NCBI RefSeq assembly: GCF_006345805.1
Contig: NC_043023.1
Location: forward strand, 20,150,001-20,214,000
DNA: 64,000 bases
DNA from: Octopus sinensis
Lineage: Eukaryota
Direction of reading: 5' to 3'
Below are positions 13,490-25,710 of the stretch, in pieces. The notes beneath the pieces were generated by a model. That model did not search any database, was not told the origin of the DNA, and saw nothing but the letters and a program-made list of their open reading frames with translations. Each line of letters opens with the position of its first letter. Position 1 is the stretch's first letter. The position numbers were made by a program, and so were the translations under genes.

Positions 13490-16400
13490 TACACACACAC
13501 ACATATATATATATACACACACGCACATATATAGGGCTGCCAGTGGTTCCATGTAAAGTGATAACTTTACAATTGTTGATCCACAAATAAAGAATATTTG
13601 TCCATCACAGTGGATCACTCATTCTCACTGTTTGAATTTAGCGTGTGTGTGTGTGTGTATATATATAAGATATTTGTGTATATGCACATTAAAGAACTGT
13701 GCTCACACAATAGTATAATTGCTGTTCCCAGCATCCCTTTGCTTAGTCTTTCTCTATATTTCTTATTGGGCTCCAGGCTAGAGGGAGTGTGTGTGTGTGT
13801 GTGTCAATGTTGTCCCTTCATTTATTTAGCTCCTTAACCATCATAACTGCCCCTGTTTCTCTATTTCTCCCCCACCCCCATTTTTCTCTCTCTCTCTCTG
13901 CCTCTTCAATGTGTATGTGTTGGGAGTCTGTAGTGTCGCCATGGTTACTGTTTTTGGTTCGTTTGCCTGTTTCTTCACCATCACAACTACTAATTAATAT
14001 TGCAGTCACATTTTTAATTATTTGATAATTTCAGGGGCAGAGAAACTCGTGGTCGTCCCCATCTCTTCTGTTTGATGTGTGGGTGTTTTAGTATTAAAAA
14101 AAAAAAAAATATATATATTTCTAAATTCTGTTGCTACATCTATTTTAACGACGACCACTACCACCACCACCCACATGTACTGCTGCTACTACTACTACTA
14201 CTGTCGTTAATTATTAATAGGGCAGTCTTGTCTCTGAACCGGCAGAGCGTCAGACAAAAGGTGCTTTTATGGGTGTTTAGGTAAGTCTGTTTCCCTTGCT
14301 AGTTTCAAACTGTTGAGATACAGGATGGGCCCCAAAGCCACCCCACTGACGACCCCTCCTTTCCATATTTCAAGAACAGCACTTTATGTTTAATTACAAC
14401 ACAAAATGATCACAAGTGTTCAAAGCACTCACCATTTCCTGTGGAGATCTTTGGGCTCACCCCCACCACCCCTCCCAGCTGTGGTCATGCTGGGGCACCA
14501 CCGTTGACTGCTACACTATTATCCAGAACCTCCTCTGATAGGTGGCATTTGGTCAGTGAGAGGGTCTGATACTGCTGCCCTCTCTTGCGTTTTCCTGCCG
14601 TGAGATCGGCTCATCTGGAACCCTTGACAGTAGGAGACCCCGTTTTGTGTGTGTGTGATCTTAGTATTGTCTGGTTGCCTGAGGAGGTCAATAACACTGA
14701 AACCTATCCAAAGTTGTTCCCCAGACTCACCCTGACCATTCCCCTCCCTCATTCCTCCACTATTACAATTTGTTTTAATTTCTAACCCTTTTTTTTTTCT
14801 AATATAATTTTCAAGATTTACCTCCCTTGGGTTCTCTTTAAATGAACTTTCACACTAATTACTTCTCGTTACGGGTGTAACTTTTAATTGAACTCCGTAA
14901 TAGAAGTCAGTGGTGTTTCTAACTCTGGAACAGTGTTCCAACCATGGCCATCTCGTCTTAGAGGGGAATATCTAGCATTTTAATCCAGTTTTTTTTTTTC
15001 ATTCTTTATTCAAAGCAATCAGAATGGAAATGTTGATTTTGAGGGTTGTTTGGTTGCTATATCTAGTGAGGAGGGGTTAGTGGTGGGTGTATAGTGAAGC
15101 ATAGCAGAAGCTGTTGTAACCATTGACAACCATTACCATAGTAACAGGTTGTGGTGGTAGTAATAGTAGTTTTGGGTAGTGGATGGTTGAGTGCACCTAG
15201 TGAGTGGTTGATGGAAGGTGACAGCAGAAGTGACTAGTGGTCAAGTTTTAAAAAAAAAACCCTCTTCTTCCTCCCCCCCCCCCCCCACTTCATGCCAATC
15301 CCTCCCCCCTCACTTCTATCATGTATACATACCTCTCCCCTCTACCTTCATCATTTCAAAAAAAAAAATAATAAAAGTATTGACCCCCACCCTTTACAGT
15401 GTTCTTTTGTTTTTTGTTTTTTTGTGTGCTATTGGTGGTGGTGGTCCAGCACGGGAAGTTACGGGGGACACAAACACACTAACACTGGTTGTCAAGCGAT
15501 GGGGTGGGGATTGGGTGAAAACACCAGAAGAAGCTGGACGTTTGGAGAGCCACATGGTTCCGGGTTCAGTCCCACTGCGTGGCACCTTGGGCAAGTGTCT
15601 TCTGCTATAGCCTCGGGCCGACCAAAGCCTTGTGAGTAGATTTGGTAGACGGAAACTGAAAGAAGCCCGTCGTATATATGTTTGTCGCCCCCCCCCCACC
15701 ATTACTTGACAGCCAGTGTTGGTGTGTTTATGTTCCTGTAGCTTAGAGGTTTGGCAAAAAGGAACTGCTACACTTATCTGGGGTCAAATTGGTTCGAGTG
15801 AAGGCAGGGCTCCAGTCAAGTGACTGAAACCCCAAAGAAAGAATGCCTGCATAGTTATGTTTTTATTATGGGAACACGGGGATTCCACTTCACTCTTTCA
15901 TATCAAAAAAAAAAAAATCAAGGGAACTGCATCGATTCTGGACCAGATAAATTCAAGAAGGAGGAACCAGAAGAGAAAAGGGAAAGAGGAAAAAAAAAAA
16001 AAATTTTGTTTAATTCTGTGTGCCCCCCCCCATTTTACCACGTTTGACACTTTAGAGACATCAGGTCGTTCTCAGCATTTCGTAAGATCTGATGTCTCTA
16101 AAGTGGAGAAAATATTATTTTCCTTTTGTAGAGTTTTCCTACACATTTTTTACGTCTGTTTTGGGGACCTTTTTCGGTTTCACCAGCAGTTTTTTCTAGC
16201 GGTGTCATGAAATTGTCACCCATAATTATAACCCTAGTATCGATCTATTGCATTTCAATCTGTTTTAGGGTTAGGGGTGGGGGAAAGGTATCTTTTTTTC
16301 TTTTCTTCAGAAATGTAAATAAACCCAATCTGTTTCTTAAACGAAGGACATATTCATACGGCACAGAATGTTTTTGTTTTTTTTACCTCAATGGACGTCA

Positions 16401-17539
16401 TTGATTGGTTGAAATTAAAAAAAAAAAACAACAAATATCTTACAAACATAGAATTTTCTCAATAAAGCCAAGAGAAAAAGATGTTTTATAAACACATTCT
16501 ATATACGAAGTTTAAAAGTGTTTAGTTACGCGGAAATTATTTTAGAAAAACTGCCGGTCAAACGGAAAAGATCCCAACATTTATTATACATCACAAGGAG
16601 GCATGAGGATCTTAGAAATGGTTCGGTGGGGCCAAAAATCGGTTGGGAACCACCAGTCTCAGTCGCTTTGGTTGCGCCCTCCAGTGGCCAATAGACGAGA
16701 CAATTGGTTTCAAGGAAGGGAACTGTCTACATTTTCTGTTCAGTTTGGAGTCAAAAGGAAAAAATGCAAAGGCACCGAATTTAAGAAAATCGGATCGAAT
16801 GTGTTGTGGACATCTACGTTGTGGTTTCGAATCCTGCCCGTGTCAGTTTTATCTTTGAAGGTCAGTAAAGAGGTATGAGGCTAGAGTGACCAACCGGGCA
16901 ACAAATGGCACTCAATCAACAGAACAATATGCTATTGAAAATAAACACGCAACTGGCCGAGTACTCCACAGACACGTCCTTTTTTCATGTGATTTACAGG
17001 GAAATACAATGTGACAAGGCTGCTCCCTTCGAATTGTGAATGGAAACTGACTTTTGCCAGGTAAGTGGACTGGGACACGGTAAAATTAAGGTGGGAATTG
17101 AACTGACGACCTTACGATCACAGCCTGCTTGTGAAATTAATGTGTAGGTGGTTGAGTATTCCACAGGCGTGTTCCCTCAGCGAACGGTTTTAGTCGGACG
17201 AATGGAACCCGGTGAAAGTAAAAGAAAACGTCTGATCCTTATTCTATCAATCTCAAAATGAACTGCTAAGTCATGGGGGATGTAAACAAACAAGCGCAGG
17301 GCCTCAAGTGATGCTGGATACTGACTGAAACGGGTAAAAGGTGGACAAAAGCCGAATAATTTTAACGACCGCCGCCGCCATTTACTCTGGCTTCTCGGAG
17401 TTACTTCCCTTTGTATTGGCTCTGTGGACAAAAATGCCTTTTACCTTCCAAGATCCTTTTGGGACAAGATGAGTGCAGGGATCGGCCCCCGCCCGTGCGT
17501 TTAATAGAAGGGATTAATAGCTTTATTATTATTATTACT

Positions 17540-18690
17540 GAAGGCGGAAACGTTAGCACGCCGGGCGAAATGCTTAGCTGTATTTCGTCTGTCTTTACGT
17601 TCTGAGTTCAAATTCCACTGAGGTCGACTTTGCCTTTCATCCTTTCGGGGTCGATAAATTAAGTATCAGTTACGCACTGGGATCGACTTAATCCGTTTGT
17701 CTGTCCTTATTTGTCCCCTCTATGTTTAGCCCCTTGTGGGCAGTAAAGGAATATATTACAGAAGGCGGCGAACTGGCAGAAACGTTAGCACACCAGGCGA
17801 AATGCTTAGAACGTAAAGACAGACGAAATATTGCTGAGTTCAAATTCCACCGAGGTCGACTTTGCCTTTCATCGTTTCGGGGTCGATAAATAAAGTACCA
17901 GTTACGATTTGGGGTCGACTTAATCCGTCTGTCTGCTGTCTTTGTTTGTCCACTCTGTGTGTAGCCAGAAAAGAAATAGGTATTTCGTCTGCCACTACGT
18001 TCTGAGTTCAAATTCCGCTGAGGTCGACTTTGCCTTTCATCCTTTCCAGATCGATTAAAAACTGTACCAGTTGCACACTGGGGTCGATATAATCGACTTA
18101 ATCCTTTTGTCTGTCATTCTTCGTCCCCTCTGTGTAAGGCCCCTTGCCGAAACAAATTTAATCAGAATGTAAACAAACCAGAAATGACGGATCAATGTTT
18201 CATCCTTTTAGGGTCGATTAAATAAGTACCAGTTACGCACTGGGGTCGATATAATCGACTTAATCCGTTTGTCTGTCCTTGTTTAGCCCCTTGTGGGTAA
18301 TAAAGAAATAGAACGTAGTGGCAGACGAAATACCTATTTCTTTATTACCTACAAGGGGACAAACAAGGACAGACAAAGAGATTAAGTCGATTACATCGAC
18401 CCCAGTGCGTAACTGGTACTTATTTAATCGAGGATGAAAGGCAAAGTCGACCTTTGCGGAATTTGAACGCAGGTATTTCATCTGCCACTACGTTCTGAGT
18501 TCAACTTCCGCCAAGGTCGACTTTGCCTTTCATCCTTTCGGGGTCGACGTAATCCCTTTGTCTGTCCTTGTTTAGCCCCTTGTGGGTAATAAAGAAATAG
18601 GTATTTCTTCTGCAGTTACGTTCCGAGTTCAATTTCTACAGAAGTTGATTTTTGCCTTTCAGGGTCGATGAAATAGGTACCAGTTACGCA
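17540..18690. mobile_element. Cluster of about six copies/fragments of tRNA-derived SINE family 2, mixed orientation
   Basis: Repeated gttctgagttcaaattccgccgaggtcgactttgcctttcatcctttcggggtcgat...aagtaccagtt. Further copies at 40140-40340, 50790-51400, 51440-51590 and 63205-63432. Confidence 0.8.
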
Positions 18691-20377
18691 ACCAACTTGT
18701 CCAACATTCTTGGGCTGCCGCCCCCATGACACTCCTAGCGCTCCTCATCACAAACATACAGGTGTCAATTCGTTATGGTCATTTCAAGCGACACCTTCAA
18801 TTGATTAACGCAAACATTGCATCGTCTGAAAGAAACTTCCTGTCAGATGATTGCAGGGACTTGTGGGGTCATCTATACATATATATACGTACATATACAT
18901 ACATACATATATATACATACACACATACATACATATATATACATACACACATACATATATATACATACATACATACATATATATATACATACATACATCA
19001 TCATCATCGTATAACGTCCGTTTTCCGCGCTAGCACGGGTTGGACGGTTCGACCGGGGTCTGGGGAGCCAGGGGCTGCTCCAGTCTGGTCTGGCAGTGTT
19101 TCTACAGCTGGATGCCCTTCCTAACGCCAACCACTCCGAGAGTGTAGTGGGTGCTTTTTACGTGACACCTGCAGAGGGGTCTGGCATCGCCCATGGTCGG
19201 TTGGTGCTTTTTATGTGCCACCTGCACAGAAGCCAGTCGGGGCGGTGCTGGCATCGGCTACGTTCGGATGGTGCTTTTTATGTGGGGGGTGGAGGGTGCA
19301 GGAATATAGGGGAGCACCAGAGGGGAGGGGTGCTCGGAGAAACGATGACAGGTTCTAGACAAGTAGAACGTAGGGTATCACAAGAGGAGTAATGCATGGT
19401 GAAATAGCGTATTGAAGAGGGGGGTTCGAAGAGTAGACACCTATAATGGTGGTGGGAGAAGCGACATCCGGTATAGATGGAGCAAAAATATAGAGATATC
19501 CAGTATTGGTGGTGGGGATGGGCAAGGGCGGGTGCACCGCAAATACGCGAAGGTTGATAGAGGAGAGAGCGAGCAAGGACTTGGACGGGCAAAATTATCG
19601 TAGTAACATGGAGAAATTATCAGCACATAATGATAAAGGGATATTGAGGGGGGACGGTGGAGAAATGGAGAAATTATCGGCACATAATGATGAGAGGAAA
19701 TTAGGGAATACGATGACAACTGCTTAGCTTACGTAGAGAACAAGCGTATTAGTAATTAGTTAAGTAGATAAAATAGATAAAAACATGTTTTGAGTGTTAG
19801 ATGCGAATGCGAATGTAGTATGATCGGTCGAGAAGTGAAAATAAGTTTTCAACTTATCTGTACTCAGGATATAGCTGCTAGGTGAATGAGGTAGAGCATG
19901 TGTGGGGTGGCCTTTTAAGTATAAGTTGACCGGAAGGGGATATGTATATATATATATACTCTTTTACTTGTTTCAGTCATTTGACTGGCCATGCTGGAGC
20001 ACCGCCTTTAATCGAGCAACTCGACCCCGGGACTTATTCTTTTGTAAGCCCAGTACTTATTCTATCGGTCTCCTTTTGCCGAACCGCTAAGTAACAGGGA
20101 CATAAACACACCAGCATCGGTTGTCAAGCAATGCTAGGGGGACAAACACACACACGCATATATATATATACGACGGGCTTCTTTCAGTTTCCGTCTACCA
20201 AATCCACTCACAAGGCTTTGGTCGGCCCAAGGCTATAGTAGAAGACACTTGCCAAGGTGCCATGAAGTGGGACTGAACCCGGAACCATGTGGTTGGTAAA
20301 CAAGCTACTTACCACACAGCCACTCCTGCGCCTATATATATATATACATATATATATATACATACATGTATATACAA

Positions 20378-20408
<31 letters not shown>

Positions 20409-20469
20409 CATATATATACAAATATATATATATATATATATTATACACATACATATATATACAAATATA

Positions 20470-20517
<48 letters not shown>

Positions 20518-21522
20518 CATATATATATATATATACATACATGTATATACAAATATATATATATATTATATATATATATATACAATATATATATATACAT
20601 ACATATATATATACATATATGACATATATATATATATATATATATACATACATACACATATATGATATATATACATACATATATATATATACACTCTGCA
20701 ACTTCCAGCAGCTTGTCAGCCTTCATCAAATCGTTCAACCGATGCCAGCATGGTCAATGGACGGTAGTCGAGTAAATCGACCCCAGGACTTTTCTTTGGA
20801 AGCCTAATACTTAGCGGTTCAGCCAAAGAGACTGATACAATAAGTTACAGGGACGTAAACACACCAACATCTGTTGTAAAGTGATGATGGGGTGGACAAA
20901 CACACTTACACACATACATATATATACACGATGGGCTTCTTTCAGTTTCCGTCTACCAAATCCACTCACAAGGCATTGGTCGGCCCGGGGCTATAGCAGA
21001 AGACACTTGCCCAAGGTTCCACTCAGTGGGACTGAACCCAGAACCATGTGGTTGGTAAGCAAGCTACTTACCACACAGCCACTCTTGTGCCTGATGATGA
21101 TGATGATATATATGAGTGTTTTTGTGTGTGTGTGTTTGTCCCACCACCACCACCACCGCCGCAACCAGTGTCGGTTTGTTTCCATCCCTGCAACTTAGCA
21201 GTTTGGCAAAAGAAACCCGTAGAACAAGCTTAAAAGAAATAAAAAAAAAAGGGGGGGTTCCTGGGGTTGATTCATTTGACTGTAAAACTTTCCAAGGTCG
21301 TGCTCCAGCATGGCCACAGGCTCATGCCGAAAACACGTAGAAGGTAGAAGAAAAACAGATTTGCGAGTGTCCGGAGATGCAAGTCCTTGGAACTGCAGAC
21401 TAACTTTCGGCTAATTGCTCTTAAATGATTTAATTAAATCATTAAAATATATGTTCAGTAATTTCCTTAATTAAGATTTTATCAAAGATTAAATAATTTA
21501 ATGAGTAACAATATTATTATAG

Positions 21523-21981
21523 CAAAAGAGACATTAGCCATTTGAATGTGGCTAGGGACAGGGCAGGGCGGTGGGGGTGTTACTGATGCATTTAGCCCCA
21601 GGCGATCATCAACGTCACCAGATAGGCTTGACACCATCTCGGTGTTCTCTATCCTGCAAAGGGAGATCATTCCCCGAAGAAGCGGATGCCACATACGGAC
21701 CCAGGTTTCAAGGTGTTTGCCTCTCGTCAACGTATGGTAGGCACCGCCCCTCGACGAACGACTCTCTGTGCAGGATATTTATATATAGATTTTCACGTAA
21801 ATACATTTACTGATTTCGAAAATCTGTTCGACAGCAATAATAATTCTCTAAACGAGATATAGACAGTAACTGCTCCATAACAAAAGGGACATTAGCCATT
21901 TGAATGTGGCTAGGGACAGGGCAGGGCGGTGGGGGTGTTACTGATGCATTTAGCCCCAGGCGATCATCAACGTCACCAGAT
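21523..21981 (-). mobile_element. Retrozyme/Penelope-like non-autonomous unit, 358-nt monomer plus 101-nt terminal redundancy
   Basis: 21523-21623 and 21881-21981 are 100/101 identical direct repeats; the unit carries one hammerhead and no credible ORF. Confidence 0.7.
21682..21747 (-). ncRNA. Type I hammerhead ribozyme motif (family A)
   Basis: Minus strand reads GCGG-TGCC-tac-CATACG-TTGACGA-GAGGcaaacaCCTT-GAAA-CCTGGG-TC-CGTATG-t-GGCA-t-CCGC. Six-bp stem I with internal loop, C3U core variant, GUC site (cut between 21698 and 21697). Confidence 0.85.
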
Positions 21982-21995
21982 TATAGGTTGTGTGT

Positions 21996-22692
21996 GAATA
22001 AGAGATGGGATAGTCACAACTGGACCGTCTTTGATCATAGGTCTGTCTGGATCAGGACCGACCTAGGGTTAAACAACAATAACTATAGTCATTAATACTA
22101 TACTATACATTGGATACTGTAGTCCTAGATACACTATGTCTGAATAAAAGATGGGATGGTCACAACTGGACCGTCTTTGATCATAGGTCTGTCTGGATCA
22201 GGACTGACCTTGGGCTAAACAACACAACTATAGCCACTAATACTTACTACTATACTATACATTAGATAACGTAGTCCTAGATACACTATGCCTGAATAAA
22301 AGAGGGGATGGTCATAGCTGGAGCATCTTTGATCATAGGTCTCTCTCTGCTGGATCAGGACTGACCTGGGGTTAAACAACAACAGCTATAGCCACTAATA
22401 CTTACTACTATACTATACATTGGATAATGTAGCCCTAGATACACTGTGCCTGAATAAAAGATGGGATGGTCACAGCTGGAACATCTCTGATCATAGGTCT
22501 GTCTGGATCAGGACTGACCTGGGGTTAAACCAGAACCACAGCCACTAATACTTACTACTATACTATACATTAGATACTGTAGTCCTAGATACACTATGCC
22601 TGAATAAAAGATGGGATGGTCACAGCTGGAACATCTTTGATCATAGGTCTCTCTCTGCTGGATCAGGACTGACCTGGGGTTAAACAACAACA
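21996..22692 (+). repeat. Tandem array of ~150-bp units (about 4.6 copies)
   Basis: Units begin tgaataaaagatgggatggtcac at about 21996, 22141, 22292, 22451 and 22601. Confidence 0.9.
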
Positions 22693-23654
22693 ATTAATTA
22701 AAAATACAATTAATTAATGTAATGTATTTTCTGTTTCATCACTGTGGATGTACTTTAAATTAATTAAAATTTTTCCGTTAATTATATTATAATTAGACCA
22801 TTCTTCACCGTTTGGCCTTAGTTCAATGACTTGGTGTTATTTTGTCCCTCTGCAGCCATGCTGGAGCACCACTTTTAAAGGTTTAACTATGGCAGTCTTT
22901 TATTTTTGAAGTTCGGTTCTTATTCTACCAGTTTTTGTCTGCCAGACCACTAAGTCATGGGGATGTAAACACACCAACACCTGCTGTTAAGTGTCAAGTG
23001 GTGGCGGGGGACAAACACCGTTGGCGATTATTTTTCCTCCGTCTTCCCTTCTCTGGATCTTTCCTTTTCCTATGTTTCTGACAAAGAGCTCCGCTCGAAA
23101 CATTAAACCCTCCTTCTTTCCTGAGCGTCCAATAACACTATACTTGTTCCACGTCCTCGCGTCATTGTGTTTTCATGTTTGGATTAACTATATAAACTCT
23201 TTACTCTCTTTTACTTGTTTCAGTCATTTGACTGCGGCCATGCTGGAGCACCGCCTTTAATCGAGCAACTCAACCCTGGCACTTATACATTGTAAGCCCA
23301 GTACTTATTCTATCGGTCTCTTTTGCCGAACCGCTAAGTGACGGGGACATAAGCACACCAGCATCGGTTGTCAAGCAATGTGGGGGGACAAACACACACA
23401 TGCATATATATATACATATATACAACAGGCTTCTTTCAGTTTCCGTCTACCAAATCCAATCACAAGGCTTTGGTCGGCCCGAGGCTATAGTAGAAGACAC
23501 TTGCCCAAGGTGCCACGCAGTGGGACTGAACCCGGAACCATGTGGTTGGTTAGCAAGCTACTTACCACACAGCCACTCCTGCGCCTATATATATATATAT
23601 ATATATATATACTTACATACAAGACCAAAAAGGGTACGGGCGCCACTATATATA

Positions 23655-23910
23655 TATGTATATGTAAAAAAATACAAACTGGGACAAGAACGCAAAACAT
23701 TTAGAAGACGACACAAAAAACACGGACGGGATATTCAAAGCCTTCAATCTTTAGTCAAGAACCGGATCATCCTCGCACAGCCGAAATTGTGAGCATGATC
23801 CGGTTCTTGACTGAAGATTGAAGGCTTCGAATGTCCCGTCCGTGTTTTTTGTATTGTCTTCTAAATGTCTTGCGTTCTTGTCCCAGTTTCTATTTTTTTA
23901 CATATACATA
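23655..23910. mobile_element. Fold-back palindromic repeat (~120-bp arms); a related single-arm copy lies at 40917-41090
   Basis: The arms mirror around cagccgaaat (23778-23787); the element is flanked by (TA)n. Confidence 0.75.
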
Positions 23911-23931
23911 TACATATATATATATATAATA

Positions 23932-24435
23932 GTGACGCATATTTGCCATTTGAATATGGCTTACCCATAAGGGTGGATGCTACTGTAGTTTGTAGCCCCA
24001 GGAAGATATCTCCTCCAGCTGGCTATAGACACACTATCTGTGTCCTCTCAGTATTTGTGAAGGGGAGTCATCCTCCCCATCTTCAACACATGATACACAC
24101 GTACCCGAGTTTCAATGAGATTTGTCATTGTTTGATTTCACTTTTTCAATATCAGTGTCAATCGACACTGGAAAAAGTATATGTATTTGTGAAGGGATCT
24201 GACTTCTCATCGACAACCATGATTGTCACACGCTGATGAAAGGTAAACACCTTGAAACTCGGGTACGTGTGTATCATGTGTTGAAGACGGGGAGGATGAC
24301 TCCCCTTCACAAATACTGAGAGGACACAGATAGTGTGTCTATAGCCAGCTGGAGGAGATATCTTCCTGGGGCTACAAACTACAGTAGCATCCACCCTTAT
24401 GGGTAAGCCATATTCAAATGGCAAATATGCGTCAC
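23932..24435 (+). mobile_element. Hammerhead-bearing fold-back element (184-bp arms)
   Basis: 23932-24115 is the reverse complement of 24252-24435 with one mismatch seen. The spacer holds the 5' half of the ribozyme. Its 3' part is homologous to family A (GACAC hairpin, CCTGGGGCTA, GCCAYATTCAAATGGC). Confidence 0.8.
24214..24283 (+). ncRNA. Canonical type I hammerhead ribozyme motif (family B)
   Basis: CAAC-CATGAT-tgt-CACACG-CTGATGA-AAGGT-aaac-ACCTT-GAAA-CTCGGG-TA-CGTGTG-t-ATCATG-t-GTTG. Intact core, 5-bp stem II, near-palindromic stem III, GUA site (cut after 24265). Confidence 0.92.
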
Positions 24436-25222
24436 GATGTGTTACCGCTACTGTTTATAACTCGCTCTGAGATTTATCATTATATCTAATAGTGTAATAA
24501 ATAAAATATATGCATACATACATACATATATGTACGTACCTACATCTACATGTATATATACATGCATATATAAATATATATACGTGAGTACAGGACACCA
24601 CAAATAGACGTAGAACTCAACGAGAAACGAAAACGTAAAAACAAACGTGTAAACGGACCTTTTTTTTAACAACGAAAAACCAGAGTACAAGACAAACAAC
24701 ACAGGGAAAATTCCCCATCATCAGCTGTCCCTGGTTCAACTCCAGCGTGTTTCAAAGGTGAGGACAGAACACGACTCGTCGAAATATATATATATAAGAG
24801 GTCTTGGTATCCAGAAGACCTAAACGGCAGGTAAGGCTATGTAGGTGCTACAGGAGGACCACTGTTAGACTCCCGGTTCAATAATAGTATGAGCGAGGGG
24901 GTCCAACGTGGGTCGTGTGTGAGTATGTATATGTTGAATAAAGTGAGACAACAAAGCCAAGGCAGTGTGACATTTTGGGGACATTTATAAAGAGAAAGGT
25001 AGTCTCTGAATGAACAGCAAACTATCCAGTTGTAAGAACCAGATATGAACTGCCATCGGGACTTATATGTCATGTCCTCTCTGCAAAGGGGTTGGCGTTA
25101 GGAAGGGAACCCAGCCATAGAAACCATAGCCAAGGCAGACAGCAAAGCTTGATGCTGGCTCCAGCCAAACCGTCCAACCCATGCCAACATGGAAAGCAGA
25201 AGTTAAATGATGATGATGGCGA

Positions 25223-25253
<31 letters not shown>

Positions 25254-25396
25254 ACATAAATGCAAACATGTTTATTGAGATGAAGGCATTTAGAAAATGA
25301 GTCAGATTTCTTTAGAGTTTTAAAATCATCATCATCATATATGGGCAAAGGCATATACATATACACACACACACACACAAACTGGGAAATCATGTA

Positions 25397-25444
<48 letters not shown>

Positions 25445-25617
25445 TTTTGTGAAATAGAAAGATGAATAATCTTGTTGCAGATTAATCAAAAGTTTAACCG
25501 ATACCTTGGTAGCAAAAATCACAGCAGAAGACATGTTTGGCCATGGGCTCTTAGGAGCCTCGTTTGATTTGTTTTGCTCTGCCTCTGTCCTGTTTTTGTT
25601 TTTTCCAACGGATTTCC

Positions 25618-25710
25618 TATTTCTTCCTGAAGAGAAAGACACAATATGGTCTCCTTATTCAATCGGATTTTGGTAAATTGTGGCTTTCGAAACACGTGTA
25701 GAATGCAATA
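25618..25710 (+). ncRNA. Type I hammerhead motif with long stem II
   Basis: TTC-CTGAAGA-GAAAG..(CACAAT/ATTGTG)..CTTTC-GAAA-CACGTG-TA-GAA. Stem III is the perfect palindrome ACACGTGT; GUA site (cut after 25700). Confidence 0.8.

Noticed and set aside
14221-14280. 60-nt phase 2-2 open exon candidate ending at GTAAGT
   Set aside because: Weak acceptor, and the peptide AVLSLNRQSVRQKVLLWVF has no RS character or recognisable homology.
14668-14726. CTGAGGA-GGT..ACT-GAAA with GTCTGG/CCAGAC pairing
   Set aside because: Stem III has only 2 bp with a 9-nt non-palindromic loop and proximal stem I only 2 bp; compatible with chance.
16674-16692. CTCF-like GCGCCCTCCAGTGG overlapping a CCAAT box
   Set aside because: A single motif with a mismatch at a conserved position and no supporting gene start.
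24450-24790. Repeat family (also at 40690-40830) with CTGATGA on the minus strand
   Set aside because: No GAAA follows the hairpin after the core, and type II/III permutations could not be closed.
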